From an uncultured Methanosarcinaceae archaeon (lineage in GTDB: Archaea; Halobacteriota; Methanosarcinia; Methanosarcinales; Methanosarcinaceae): DNA of 64,000 nt. The position numbers and the translations under genes were made by a program. Location: positions 96,001 through 160,000 of the forward strand of contig CAWJYV010000001.1 in assembly GCA_963847185.1 (NCBI GenBank). Reading direction: 5' to 3'. Positions 33,839 through 45,338 of the stretch are shown here, one piece after another. Within the stretch, counting starts at the first letter, position 1; every line of letters starts with the position of its first letter. The notes under the pieces are model-generated. The model was not told the DNA's origin. It saw nothing but the letters and a program-made list of their open reading frames with translations, and ran no database searches.

Positions 33839-34313
33839 AATTCCCCAACCCTGCTTTAAAACAGGGCATAATACTTTTGTTAGATCCTCATTCGTCTGAT
33901 ACTATTGTCTAATAGATTTGACCTTAATATGATACTAAACAGATCCCAATAATGCCTAATTACAAATTAATTCTTCATTCGTTATTTATACAATTGTTCT
34001 ATAATAGAATATCACATACTAAAAAGCTATCTGGATACCATTTTCAAATCTCACAGAGCCTCTACACACAATTAAAAATAGCCACCTTACATCTTTTATT
34101 TTGAATAGAGCAGTCCTATTGGACAGCGTCAGCCTTGCGGGCATCTTTACAGTCAACCCCAGCTCAAACATTGCCAATTCAAGCCAACAGCTTCCTCAAC
34201 TTTCTTATTTCTAATTATATTTTCTAAACATGGTTAAAAAATCAGCTACTTTTTAAGTTTATTAATGGAAATAATACGGAAAATTATAAACCTTATCGAA
34301 AAGAAGATTAATC

Positions 34314-34877
34314 ATGAAACAATCAATCGGCGCAAAGACACTTGCTTTTCCGACACCTACATGGGTTGTCGGGACTTATGACATGAATGGAAAACCCAAT
34401 GCAATGACTGTAGCCTGGGCAGGAATCTGCTGTTCAAATCCTCCCTGTATCACTGTGTCCTTAAGAAAAGCGACTTACAGCTATGCAGGCATCATGGAAA
34501 ACAAGGCGTTTACTGTAAGTATCCCCTCAGAGGATTATGTGAAACAAGCCGATTACTTCGGTATCGCAAGTGGAAGGGATGAGGACAAGTTCGAAGCAGC
34601 CTGTCTTACCCCGGCGAGAAGTGAGCTTGTACCTGCCCCTTATGTAGGGGAGTTCCCTGTTATCCTTGAATGCAAGCTTCTCCACAGCATTGAAGTAGGG
34701 CTTCACACCATGTTTATAGGAGAGATAGTTGATATCAAGGCCGAAGAATCCGTACTCGATGAGAACGGAAACCCTGATATAGAGAAGATCAGACCTGTTA
34801 TTTACGGGACAGGAAATAGAAGTTACTACAGCATCGGATGTAATCTTGGGAAAGCTTTCTCAATAGGGAAAGAGTGA
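34314..34877 (+). CDS. Flavin reductase family protein (flavoredoxin)
   Basis: [38 protein letters not shown]...HTMFIGEI. Confidence 0.9.
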   Translation: MKQSIGAKTLAFPTPTWVVGTYDMNGKPNAMTVAWAGICCSNPPCITVSLRKATYSYAGIMENKAFTVSIPSEDYVKQADYFGIASGRDEDKFEAACLTPARSELVPAPYVGEFPVILECKLLHSIEVGLHTMFIGEIVDIKAEESVLDENGNPDIEKIRPVIYGTGNRSYYSIGCNLGKAFSIGKE

Positions 34878-35089
34878 TAAACTCTAATAAATTGTAATAT
34901 ATATTATACCAAGGACTTATAAAAATTCCAATGAGGTCTGAAATTAGAAAGATTCATCAGGTTATCGGAGAGGCTCATAAGGTTATTACTAATTCATCTC
35001 TTTCAGGCCTTTAACCCTATTCTTCGACCCTTAATCCTATTATTTTCTACTTACTTATATTCCTGACTTTAATCTATAATTCCTGCCCT

Positions 35090-36286
35090 TTACCCTTTTC
35101 CAAAAGCCTTTTTCGCCATTAATCTCCATCCCTTGAAATCTTTTCCCTCAAATTCTTTTGTGATAGCTTCAAGCAGGACTTGTATATCCAGATGTTGAGG
35201 GCATTTTTCAAGGCACTGTTCACACTTCACACACTGGGAAGCATAACCTGGGATGTCACCTCTAATTATTCCACCGGGCTTTGCTGCATACATGAGTTTT
35301 GCTTCTCTTTCATTCCCTGAAAGGTAGAAGTTATCGTAGATCTCAAAACAACTTGGAATGTCTACTCCTGAAGGACAGGGCATACAGTATCTGCAGCCTG
35401 TGCAACCTGTTTTCATGAGTCCCCTGTATTTCTGTTCAACTTTCTTAACAAGCCCCAATTCAGTATTTGTCAGAGAATTCGGATAAGCTTCATTTGCTAT
35501 TTTCAGGTTTTCTTCGATCTGGGATTCTTCGTTCATCCCTGAAAGCACAACAGTCACTTCCGGGTGATTCCAGATCCAGCGAAGGGCCCATTCTACAGGC
35601 GTCCGTTCCACTGCTGCCACATTCCAGATCTCCTGTACTGCAGGAGGAATGGGACTTGTCAGCTTACCTCCTCGAAGAGGCTCCATGATAATAACTCCCA
35701 GGCCTTTTGAAGCAGCATATTCCAGTCCTTCTGTTCCGGCCTGGTTTTTTTCATCCAGGAAGTTGTACTGGATCTGACAGAAAATCCAGGGGTACGCATC
35801 CACTATTCGCTTAAAATCGTCAACTGAGCCGTGGAAAGAAAAACCTGCATTTAATATGCGTCCGTCCTCTCTGGCTCTTTCAAGAAAATCGAGAACATTG
35901 AGTTTTTCCATTTTGTCCCACAGAGCTCCCACAAGCCCATGGACCAGATAATAATCTATATGGTCTGTCCTGAGCCTCTCAAGCTGGGCATTCAGGATCC
36001 TATCCATATCTTCCTGACTTTTAACAGTCCAGGAGGGAAGCTTTGTGGCAACCTTAACTTTTTCTCTATAACCGTCAGCAAGAGTTCGACCCAGGAAAGG
36101 TTCACTTTCTCCCATGTGGTATGGCCATGCTGTGTCAATGTAATTTACTCCGTGGTCGATTGCATAACGTACCTGTTTTGTGGCTCTTTCTTCATCTATC
36201 TTTCCTTCTTTGAGGGGAAGGCGCATGCACCCGAACCCAAGTATTGAAAGCTCGTCTCCATTTTTAGGTATTTTTCTATACAGCAT
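35090..36286 (-). CDS. Aldo/keto reductase with C-terminal 4Fe-4S domain
   Basis: LGFGCMRLP, NYIDTAWPYH, CTGCRYCMPCP and CVKCEQCLEKCPQ; start MLYRK at 36286. Confidence 0.92.
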   Translation of the reverse strand: MLYRKIPKNGDELSILGFGCMRLPLKEGKIDEERATKQVRYAIDHGVNYIDTAWPYHMGESEPFLGRTLADGYREKVKVATKLPSWTVKSQEDMDRILNAQLERLRTDHIDYYLVHGLVGALWDKMEKLNVLDFLERAREDGRILNAGFSFHGSVDDFKRIVDAYPWIFCQIQYNFLDEKNQAGTEGLEYAASKGLGVIIMEPLRGGKLTSPIPPAVQEIWNVAAVERTPVEWALRWIWNHPEVTVVLSGMNEESQIEENLKIANEAYPNSLTNTELGLVKKVEQKYRGLMKTGCTGCRYCMPCPSGVDIPSCFEIYDNFYLSGNEREAKLMYAAKPGGIIRGDIPGYASQCVKCEQCLEKCPQHLDIQVLLEAITKEFEGKDFKGWRLMAKKAFGKG

Positions 36287-36342
36287 TTCCATTACCCGTT
36301 TTAACTTATTTCTCTGCTTTCTCTTTAAATGTCCTATATACT

Positions 36343-37596
36343 TTAAACACTTTTTATATCTAAAATAGTTTTTAACTTTCGATTCTTTCCGAATCTTTCT
36401 CTTGCAGCTTCTTTCCAAATCTGGATATCAGGCCCTTCGAACCTTTCTGAAATTGTTTTAAGCAGAGAAGGTATATCCAGGTGTTGAGGACATTTTTCAA
36501 GACATTGACCGCACTGCACACACTGAGATGCATAGCTTGGGACGTCGCCTCTTATTATTCCCCCAGGCTCTGCTGCGTACATGATTTTTGCTTCTTTTTC
36601 ATCTCCTGAAAGGTAGAAGTTGTCGTAGATCTCAAAACAGCTTGGAATGTCTACTCCTGATGGACAGGGCATACAGTATCTGCATCCCGTACATCCTGTG
36701 TTCATAAGTTCTCTGTACTTCTTTTCTACTTTATCTACAATATGAAGTTCAGCTTCAGTCAGAGAATTCGGATAAGCTTCATTTGCTATTTTCAGGTTTT
36801 CCTCTAGATGGGATTCCTCGTTCATACCTGAGAGCACAACTGTAACTTCTGGATGGTTCCAGACCCAGCGGAAAGCCCATTCTGCAGGTGTCCGTTCTAC
36901 AGGTGTTTCTTCCCAGATCTTTTTAACCCCAGAAGGTATTAAATTTATAAGCCTGCCTCCTCGCAGGGGTTCCATTACAATAATACCCAGACCTCTTGAA
37001 GCAGCATACTTGAGCCCTTCAATTCCAGCCTGATTCATTCTATCCATGAAACTGTACTGAATCTGACAAAAAGTCCAGGGATATGCATCAATAATTCGTT
37101 TAAAATCCTCAATTGACCCATGAAATGAAAAGCCAGCGTTTGTAATCCGTCCGTCAGCTTTTGCCCTGTCAAGAAAGTTTAAAACATCAAGCTTCTCAAG
37201 CTTATCCCAAAGAGCTCCAACAAGTGCGTGTACAAGATAGTAATCTATATGATCCGTCCTGAGCCTTTTAAGCTGAGAATTGAGAATTCTGTCCATATCT
37301 TCCCTGCTTTTTATTGCCCATGAAGGAAGTTTTGTGGCGAGCTTAACCTTTTCCCGGTAGCCATCGGCAAGAATCCGACCAAGAAAAGGTTCGTTCTCTC
37401 CTAAATGGTACGTCCAAGCTGTATCAATGTAATTGATTCCGTGGTCGATTGAATAAAGAATTTGTCTCTTTGCTCTTTCCTCATCAATCTTGCCATCTTT
37501 GACAGAAAGCCTCATGCACCCAAAACCCAGTATGGAAAGTTCGTCCCCATTGCCTGGAATCCTTCTGTAAAGTATCCACTTCCCCCCATCTCCCAT
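36343..37596 (-). CDS. Aldo/keto reductase with 4Fe-4S domain (tandem paralog)
   Basis: Same motifs as 35090..36286. Confidence 0.92.
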   Translation of the reverse strand: MGDGGKWILYRRIPGNGDELSILGFGCMRLSVKDGKIDEERAKRQILYSIDHGINYIDTAWTYHLGENEPFLGRILADGYREKVKLATKLPSWAIKSREDMDRILNSQLKRLRTDHIDYYLVHALVGALWDKLEKLDVLNFLDRAKADGRITNAGFSFHGSIEDFKRIIDAYPWTFCQIQYSFMDRMNQAGIEGLKYAASRGLGIIVMEPLRGGRLINLIPSGVKKIWEETPVERTPAEWAFRWVWNHPEVTVVLSGMNEESHLEENLKIANEAYPNSLTEAELHIVDKVEKKYRELMNTGCTGCRYCMPCPSGVDIPSCFEIYDNFYLSGDEKEAKIMYAAEPGGIIRGDVPSYASQCVQCGQCLEKCPQHLDIPSLLKTISERFEGPDIQIWKEAARERFGKNRKLKTILDIKSV

Positions 37597-38042
37597 TTTC
37601 CCATTTTTCCATTAATTAAAATGAGGTCATTAATGTAATTATAGGTTCTCATTGGGGATAGGAAAGAATTAAAACACCTAAATTCCGGTAAAAATTGAAA
37701 ATTTAATTCAGAAATTTATTAGAGAGCTTATCTATACAAATCAAATCAACCAAATTAAGATTGCATGCTCAAGTACAAGATCAAAAGAACTTACGGTTCA
37801 GATACTGCACTGAATGTTACTGACTCAAATGCTGTGTTTGGATCATTACTTTCGGAGTCTGTTGGCTTTGTAATTTCATTGTTGCCGAAGTATAGTTCAT
37901 GCATTAAAAATTGGCACTTTATAAACTATGATTTTGTAGTTTTATAGTAACTCTTTCATCGGTCTTAAATGAAAAGGTGAACCGCAGAATACACGGAAAA
38001 CGCAGACTAGAGGAGTTTTGAGCACAGTTGTTTCTGCGCTTT

Positions 38043-38155
38043 CCACCCCGAATTTCGCTTCGGGATCACAGGAAATCGGAGATTTTCTAGGAGTTGCAAT
38101 GTAATCGCAACAGCACGATATCCTTTTCGTTGCGCTCAAGGGAGCGCCGTTAACT
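38043..38155. repeat. REP-like hairpin repeat (also 42457-42556, 56569-56626)
   Basis: CCCGAA...TTCGGGA hairpin, GTTGCAATG.AATCGCAAC, TTTCG.T.CGCTCAAG. Confidence 0.7.
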
Positions 38156-38332
38156 ATACCCTAATAGTTACAAAAATATTAAAAATTTGATTTTTAGTCT
38201 ACAGTAAATTAACGACATTGATATGGAAAATCAAAAATGAATAATAACAATCCATGTAGTAAGAGCCTTTCGGAAATCTTTTGAAGTGATCCATAGGGCC
38301 TGGTCCATTTTATGTGATTTAGCACTGTACTA

Positions 38333-38494
38333 TCAAGTTACCTTAGTCAAGTTACCTTAGTAAGTTACCTTAGTCAAGTTACCTTAGTCAAGTTACCTTA
38401 GTCAAGTTACCTTAGTCAAGTTACCTTAGTCAAGTTACCTTAGTCAAGTTACCTTAGTCAAGTTACCTTAGTCAAGTTACCTTAGTCAAGTTAC
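38333..38494. repeat. 14-bp tandem repeat (TCAAGTTACCTTAG) x 11 plus partial unit
   Basis: Read directly; third unit lacks one C; no spacers. Confidence 0.95.
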
Positions 38495-38828
38495 ATTTCT
38501 TCTTTGTACGTCTTCTTCATACATCAGGGACTAACCCTATGGACCAGTTATAATTATGTAAATAAAAGTATAAATATTAATTGTACAAATATAGTTTTTG
38601 ACAGTACTGTTATTTAATATCAGTGGCGACACGCAATATTAACAGTCGGCGCCCGAAAATAATGCTCAAAATGTGTATCTGAAATTAAAATGATCCCATG
38701 AAAACAATTACACGAGGCTCCTACCAGAGAAAAGTCAAAGATAAATATTCCCTGTGACAGGATCTGGAGCGATAACTGCCCAATCTTTTGATTTATTTAA
38801 GTCCAACAGCTTAAGCAGCATGTAAAAA

Positions 38829-39080
38829 CCGACCTTCCGTAGATGTCTTCAAAAAAATAACATTTTTCTTGTTATCGTTTTTGTAGAATTATTCGAAATT
38901 CTTCAGTTAGTATATCAACTGAAGCCTTGGAAAATGGGGGCTTGAAGTTTTCAATGAAAGCAAAAGGTCGAAAATTGCAGGATGTTTTAAAAAAATATGT
39001 TTAAGTGATCAAGAAGGTTTTAAGAAAAAACGATAGCAAGAAAAATTGAGAAAATTGTAAGGACATCTGCGGAAAGTGGG
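38829..39080. mobile_element. MITE (~250 bp; IS1634-like inferred from 6-bp TSD)
   Basis: TIR CCGACCTTCCGTAGATGTC / GACATCTGCGGAAAGTGGG, TAAAAA on both sides; relatives at 50615-50864, 47690-47808, 52594-52718. Confidence 0.75.
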
Positions 39081-39138
39081 TAAAAAGCATATAAACAAGA
39101 TAATTTTATAGTATGTAAAATGAGCAAACATTTCTTGA

Positions 39139-39245
39139 AAATCAGCTCAGAAGTAGATGGTAGGGTTTTGAGTCCCTATTCTCAAGCCCTACCTGCGATC
39201 CAACCCAAAGATTAAGAGGAAACCCTATTACTCTTAATCTGTACA
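39139..39245 (-). ncRNA. Candidate two-hairpin sRNA with AAUAGGG loops, copy 2
   Basis: Reverse complement of 1331-1437 with few changes; promoter region also homologous to ~39345. Confidence 0.6.
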
Positions 39246-39432
39246 TGTACTATAGCACGGTCGTATATATCATAATCGTTATGAAAGATTGTTTCTGATT
39301 TAGAGTTTCAATATATTTGAATAATTATATTATCTTGAAAATTTTAATGTAATTAAAATTTTAAATTACATAAGGACATTTTTAGAAACTTAGTCTCATT
39401 ATACACCTCGACTTTTGAAGATAAAATCAAAT

Positions 39433-40209
39433 TTAAAATTCAAGTTCAAGTCCAACAGGGCAGTGGTCCGATCCCGTAATCTCACTGTAAATCGGAGCAG
39501 ATTTTACATTATCTCGAAGATTTTCGCTGATGAAGAAGTAGTCCAGGCGCCAGCCAACATTTCTTTTGCGTGCACCTGTTCTTACTGACCACCAGGAGTA
39601 ATTTCCTCCTTCGCTGTTGAACATGCGGAAAGTATCAATATATCCGGCAGCAAGAAACCTGTCCATCCAGGCTCTTTCTTCAGGGAGAAAACCGGAAATA
39701 GTCTCATTTTCTCTGGGACGGGCCAGGTCGATTTCTTTATGGGCTGTGTTTACGTCTCCACAAACCACAATTTTTTTTCCTTCGTCTTTGAGGGCATTTG
39801 AATAATCAAAAAAAGCATCGTAAAAGTCCATTTTATAGTCAAGGCGCTCCTGAGAAGCTTTGCCGTTTGGGAAGTATATATTCATTAAAATGAAGTCTTC
39901 GTAATCGATCCTTAAAAAACGGCCCTCTCTGTCGAACTTCTCGATTCCCATACCATATTTTACATCAAGGGGTTTTCTTCTCGAAAAAACTCCTACTCCA
40001 CTGTAGCCGTTCTTTTCTGCTGAAACGAAAAAGTTGTAATAGCCTGGAATGTTTTTGACTTCTCTTGGGAGTTTGTCAGGAGAAGCTTTAGTTTCCTGGA
40101 TGCCGACAGTATCAAACTTCTGATCCAGCAAAAGGTCAAAAAAGCCTTTTTTTAGTACAGCCCGAAGGCCGTTTACGTTCCAGGAGACAAGGTTGTAGTG
40201 GCCAGACAT
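39433..40209 (-). CDS. xth: Exodeoxyribonuclease III
   Basis: SWNVNGLRA, IQETK, GYSGV, YFPNG, GDVNTAH, WRLDYF, GSDHCP. Confidence 0.95.
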   Translation of the reverse strand: MSGHYNLVSWNVNGLRAVLKKGFFDLLLDQKFDTVGIQETKASPDKLPREVKNIPGYYNFFVSAEKNGYSGVGVFSRRKPLDVKYGMGIEKFDREGRFLRIDYEDFILMNIYFPNGKASQERLDYKMDFYDAFFDYSNALKDEGKKIVVCGDVNTAHKEIDLARPRENETISGFLPEERAWMDRFLAAGYIDTFRMFNSEGGNYSWWSVRTGARKRNVGWRLDYFFISENLRDNVKSAPIYSEITGSDHCPVGLELEF

Positions 40210-40402
40210 TTCTATCCCACGTATGAAATTATTTGCTTATTATTCATAGAGTATTACCCAAAACATTTGGATGTTTATTCAGGGTATTATTCAGAATATT
40301 TAAGGATATCATAAAAATATTTTTAATCAAATCTGACACATTATGGAAATATCCCATATTTCAGATTTGATTATGAATTCCCTTTCTGGTTATTTGATTA
40401 TT

Positions 40403-42049
40403 TTATTTCCTTTTATGTAAAGCTACAACAAGCAGACCAGCTAGTCCGTAAATCATTTCAAAGCCAGGAGCACTGGTAGTTTTTTCGGAAGTGCTTGAAT
40501 TGTCCTTATTTTCAGACTGCGGTTCAACATCTGATGCTGTACTTCCAGTATCCTCTTTATTATCTTTAATCTCAGGCTTTACATCAGTTTGCTTTGCTAC
40601 AGACTTACCTGTTATTGCAAATGGAGAGAATCCAGGCGTTTCGGCTGCGAAATAAAGATATTCGTTATCTTCGCTGAGCAGGGTAGTTGGGAGTTCGTTC
40701 CATTTTGTATCATTGTACCTGTCAAGGATAATTGAAGATTGGTCAATACCTTTATCCTGTATCCAGGAATTTTCGACCTTGAAATATACTACCGCATTTT
40801 CGATGTTAGTTGGAGTTGCGTAACCGCTGCTTCCAACCCAGATGTTTATGAACTTATAGACTTCATCAGAAGGTGGCTCTGAAACCAGAGTAGACTGATT
40901 CTTTAACATCTCGGCTATAGTGGTTGTCTTGCCAACAGTCTTTTTTGAATCAAAGCTTATGTTCATAACAGGAGTGGCATTTTGTGGGAAATCAAACTCT
41001 GCAAGGTTCCCGTTTGAAATAAAAGTTTGGGAAATTTCTTTAGCCTCAACATTGCTTTGAGGTTCAGGAGAGGCACCAACTCCTCCACTACTGTGGCTAC
41101 TTCCTCCGCTGCTGTGGCTGCTTCCTCCATCATCACTGTCGTCGCTGTCATCGCTGTCATCACCTGAACTGCTCGCTTCTTCCACAATTATTGTTTTAGT
41201 TGCTGAGTTTATCCCGTACTCGTTGCTTACTGTGAGGGTAACCGGATATTCTCCTGCTGATAGATATGTGTGCACTGGGCTATACTCACTTGAATTAGTT
41301 CCGTCTCCAAAGTCCCAATAAAATGCATTTACATTTTGTGACAGATCAGTAAACTGTACAGTAAGCCCATTGGAAGTATCCGCTTCAAAGTCTGGTTCAG
41401 GAAGAACATTTCCCTGCTGTTCTCCTTGAACAACTATTTCTTGAGCTATTGCATCCCAGCCATTTATATTGTTCACTACCTCAACAACACGGTATTTTCC
41501 TGGTACATTGAAAGTGTATGTTGGGCTCTGCTCTGTAGAAGTAGCTTTGTTCCCAAAATACCATATATGTGAAGTTGCACCTGTGCTGTTATCAGTAAAT
41601 GATACCGTCAGGGGCGCATTTCCAGAAAGTGTAGATGCAGTAAACGCAGAAACCGGAAGACCGGTTGTGTTTTTGTTGGCAACTACATAAGCTATTTTTT
41701 TGAGTGTAGCGTTCCCTGTTGGCCCTGAGACAACCAGTGTCACATTGAAAACTCCATAAACACCAGTGCGTCCAAATGTGTGTTTAGTAGTTCCCGGTGA
41801 GCTGCTATATGAAGACTTGTTGAATTGGGTATTATGAAACGCCCAAAGCCAATTAGTTACTTCACCAGTGACGTTAGCAGTTATCCTGGCATCTAAAGGA
41901 ATAGTCCCTTTTGTAACATTACAAGTAAAGTCATTGATCACTGTCACATTATCTACTGCCGAAGCTATTTGAATTGATGATATAACCGCTAAAGTTGCTG
42001 GCATTAATAATATAATTAATAAAACTATAGACGAAATATGTTTTTTCAT
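40403..42049 (-). CDS. Cell-surface protein with PKD, PGF-pre-PGF and PGF-CTERM domains
   Basis: Signal peptide, WDFGDG PKD, AETPGFSPFAITG, C-terminal APGFE plus TM helix and KRK. Confidence 0.92.
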   Translation of the reverse strand: MKKHISSIVLLIILLMPATLAVISSIQIASAVDNVTVINDFTCNVTKGTIPLDARITANVTGEVTNWLWAFHNTQFNKSSYSSSPGTTKHTFGRTGVYGVFNVTLVVSGPTGNATLKKIAYVVANKNTTGLPVSAFTASTLSGNAPLTVSFTDNSTGATSHIWYFGNKATSTEQSPTYTFNVPGKYRVVEVVNNINGWDAIAQEIVVQGEQQGNVLPEPDFEADTSNGLTVQFTDLSQNVNAFYWDFGDGTNSSEYSPVHTYLSAGEYPVTLTVSNEYGINSATKTIIVEEASSSGDDSDDSDDSDDGGSSHSSGGSSHSSGGVGASPEPQSNVEAKEISQTFISNGNLAEFDFPQNATPVMNISFDSKKTVGKTTTIAEMLKNQSTLVSEPPSDEVYKFINIWVGSSGYATPTNIENAVVYFKVENSWIQDKGIDQSSIILDRYNDTKWNELPTTLLSEDNEYLYFAAETPGFSPFAITGKSVAKQTDVKPEIKDNKEDTGSTASDVEPQSENKDNSSTSEKTTSAPGFEMIYGLAGLLVVALHKRK

Positions 42050-42456
42050 ATCAATTTCTCCTTAGAACTGAATTAACTGAGGTTTAAAAGAATGGAAGTA
42101 TAATATACATTATGATCCCGGCAACTTGAAGTTTTGTACAATCGATTTTCAGCTATACAACCGACTTTCAGCTGAGTTGCCTGAGTTCTGCTTATATGAG
42201 TGTCTTTCAGCTGTCTGTTGGCTGATAGTCTCAAATCAACTAATTTACATATAAACTTATTTTTTTAATTCGAAAGCCAATCATCTATTTTAATTATTTG
42301 GGTTATTATTTGCTTATTCTTAGAACTTTAGAATAATCTTTGAAGCTCAGTGTCATGTCAATACTCCATGATTCAATAATTGTGAATTACGATCAATTTT
42401 ATGCAATATTTTGCTATTACGAAACGCTAGTGCATCGATTCCAAAGTCTGTTTTCT

Positions 42457-42556
42457 CACCCCGAATTGCACCTCGGGATGATTGGAGATTTTCTGGGAGT
42501 TGCAATGCAATCGCAACAGCATGGGGTCTGTTTCGCTTCACTCAAGAGGACTAACT
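42457..42556. repeat. REP-like hairpin repeat copy
   Basis: Homologous to 38043-38155. Confidence 0.7.
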
Positions 42557-43108
42557 CTAACTTATGAATACATTTCTTCCGCATTTTCGGGGGTTATAGA
42601 GTTTAGAGCAATTATCCATGCGATCCTCTTCTTCTCTGCCTATCCTTTCATAAAGATGTAATCTTTTTCTTTTATCCTGAAGACCAATTTCCTTCGAATT
42701 TTGCTGGCAGAAATGACCATAAATATATATGTGGGTTGTTCAAAATAGCTACAAATAGCAGGGCAGAAATAATCCAAATTCTTATTTTAATGGATCCTGC
42801 TCACAAATAAGAAAGACATTTAAGATTATTCGTAACATGTATTACAAATTTCATATTGACCTTTATTTACTGGGTAAGAAACTCTCAGATAAGCTATGAA
42901 ATTCTTCGAAAAAATAAAAATAACATCGTAAAAAATAATCTATAATTCTATAGCTTTATTGGAAGCTCCTTCGGTTCCCGTTCCTACATTTTTGGTTTGA
43001 GGGATTTAAATCTCTCAGCTTTGTTATTGACAAATAAGATGAAAAAGGCTGGTATTCGAAGTGGCCTTATGGTAACACTTTGCCAGGTGGCAGAGGAGGT
43101 TTGTTAAA

Positions 43109-44173
43109 ATGGAAAAAACAAAAATAATGGAAAACGTTTTCAAAGTCTTTCTTATATTTGTACCGCTGAGTCTGTTTGCAGAATATATGCACTTTTCGCC
43201 CATAGTAATTTTTATTTTAGCTTCGCTTGCGATTATACCACTTGCGAAATTTATCGGTGAATCAACTGAGGAGATTTCGGTACATACCGGTCCAGCACTA
43301 GGTGGATTATTAAACGCTACCTTTGGGAATGCAACAGAACTAATTATAAGCATTTTTGCCCTGCAAGCAGGACTTACTGAAATGGTAAAGGCGTCTATTA
43401 CAGGCTCTATCATTGGAAACTTGCTTTTGATTTTGGGTATGGCGCTTTTTTTCGGAGGTCTTGGAAAAGATGAACAGGTGTTCAATACGACAGCAGCAAA
43501 GACAAGCGCCTCCACTCTTTTTCTTGCAACTGCCGCTATTGTCATGCCAGCTGTTTTCGTTCTGACTTCAGAAGATCCTTCAGCCGCGACGATCGAGACT
43601 CTGAGCATTGCAGTTTCGGTCATCATGGCAGTGTCTTATCTTGCAAGCCTGCTTTTCTCACTTCACACCCACAAGCATTTATATACTGCTGACACGGCAG
43701 AATGCGTTGCCAAGTGGAGCGTCAAGAAATCTGTTTCGGTTCTTCTCTCATCAACTGTTGCGGTTGCTGTTATGAGTGAAATTCTGGTCGGCTCCATAGA
43801 ACCACTGGCTGAAAGCCTTGGCTGGACGGAACTGTTCATAGGTATGATTTTCGTAGCAATTATCGGAAACGCCGCGGAACATTTCTCAGCTATCACAATT
43901 GCCATCAAGAACCGGATGGATCTGTCACTCCAGATAGCAATCGGCTCGACAACTCAAATAGCTATGTTTGTCGTGCCGGTTCTGGTGTTTACGAGTTATT
44001 TCTTCGAAACTCCTATGAATCTTATTTTCACCACGTTTGAACTTGCTTGCATAGTCTCTGCCGTCTTAATGGTTAAATCCATCATCGAAGACGGAAAAAG
44101 CAACTGGTTTGAAGGATTACAGCTTCTGGGGACGTACGGAATAATGATTGTGGTCTCTTTCCTTCATCCATAA
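43109..44173 (+). CDS. Calcium/proton antiporter (CaCA/CAX family)
   Basis: GGLLNATFGNATE, GSIIGNLLL, IIGNAAEH, GKSNWFEG. Confidence 0.93.
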   Translation: MEKTKIMENVFKVFLIFVPLSLFAEYMHFSPIVIFILASLAIIPLAKFIGESTEEISVHTGPALGGLLNATFGNATELIISIFALQAGLTEMVKASITGSIIGNLLLILGMALFFGGLGKDEQVFNTTAAKTSASTLFLATAAIVMPAVFVLTSEDPSAATIETLSIAVSVIMAVSYLASLLFSLHTHKHLYTADTAECVAKWSVKKSVSVLLSSTVAVAVMSEILVGSIEPLAESLGWTELFIGMIFVAIIGNAAEHFSAITIAIKNRMDLSLQIAIGSTTQIAMFVVPVLVFTSYFFETPMNLIFTTFELACIVSAVLMVKSIIEDGKSNWFEGLQLLGTYGIMIVVSFLHP

Positions 44174-44511
44174 GCGACAAAAATAAAAGTAGAACACAAG
44201 CTAGGAAAGAATGGAAGCTTGCTCAAGATGTGGAGTCTATATGCCCTGCAAGCGACTGATATTGCTCCTGCAATTGGATGTTTGACTATGGAATCAATTA
44301 TCAACATCCTAAATCTTATACATTATATTTTCTTTCTTCTCTACGAAATTATTTGTAATCAACACTCCAGAATTTACAACATTATTCTTGATGCTCTAAT
44401 CAAAGCATGACTAAATTGAAGAAAGTAGCTTATGAAAAAACTCTTCTATCCTTGTTTCAACTTTTTAGACCAATTTACAAGATTTAGCAGAATCCGCATC
44501 TCTAGAAAACT

Positions 44512-44533
44512 ATTGAAATAATGTTAGTTCAAT
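44512..44533. promoter_or_regulatory. Palindromic operator candidate upstream of second DUF1699 gene
   Basis: ATTGAAATAATGTTAGTTCAAT, identical to the site at 2753-2774. Confidence 0.6.
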
Positions 44534-44614
44534 GAGATAAATATTTATAGAAAGTATAACTAGTATATACTGTAGTAAAATTAAAAGAAGTTACAAGAGG
44601 TAAAAGAAAATAAT

Positions 44615-45022
44615 ATGAAAATTCGAGTAGTCAGTTCCAGAGAAGAAATCTTTACATTAAATCCTAATGAGCGTATTATTCACATGGCCTTCAGACCTTC
44701 AAACAAGGACATTTTCGGACTTGTCGAAACCTGCCCGAAGGTCGAGGTAATTCAGTTACCTAAATCTTATATGGCTACAGTTTCGAAATCCATAGAAATG
44801 TTCCTTGAAATGCAGAGGATCAAACTTCTCGAAGGGGATGTTTGGGGTCACAGAAAAGATATAAACGAATATTACACCATTCCTTCCTCAGTAATTGAAA
44901 AAGTAAAAGAAATGAAGATCGAGGGAAAATCCGCTGAGGAAATCGAGACAAAGGTTTCAAGGGAAAGCAAACTTAACTCTGGAATGGTCGCTTATATCAT
45001 GAACAAAGAAAGTTCTGCCTGA
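44615..45022 (+). CDS. DUF1699 family protein
   Basis: Close paralog of 2268..2687. Confidence 0.9.
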   Translation: MKIRVVSSREEIFTLNPNERIIHMAFRPSNKDIFGLVETCPKVEVIQLPKSYMATVSKSIEMFLEMQRIKLLEGDVWGHRKDINEYYTIPSSVIEKVKEMKIEGKSAEEIETKVSRESKLNSGMVAYIMNKESSA

Positions 45023-45338
45023 AGCTAATCAGGATAAAACACATCAGTAAGCGTTTTACTGGGGATTAGAGCATGAAGGAAGGTATAACTTCTTTCATGA
45101 TCTGATCTCCAATTTTTTTGCTTGAAAAAAAATGTTGTTTTGAGTTAATTAACTGTATTTGTGCAAAATCCAGAGAAAAGCCTACACTTATCTTAGTTGC
45201 ACTTAGATTATCCATTCCTAGAAACAGCTTTTTATTTTTTCGCTTTTTCGAGTAATTAATATTTTTGTGGTTGGAAGTTCATTCCATTTCCTATCATCAA
45301 AATATGTATAATTAATTTAGGCAGCTATAATGAGGTAT

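Noticed and set aside
36287-36418. N-terminal extension of the 35090 ORF
   Set aside because: Overlaps the upstream paralog; homology begins at MLYRK
38333-38494. CRISPR array
   Set aside because: 14-bp units are directly adjacent with no spacers; no cas genes
43024-43626. Antisense ORFs over well-supported genes (also 4272-4601, 48979-49572, 56183-56572, 58488-59027)
   Set aside because: Shadow frames of the real coding strand
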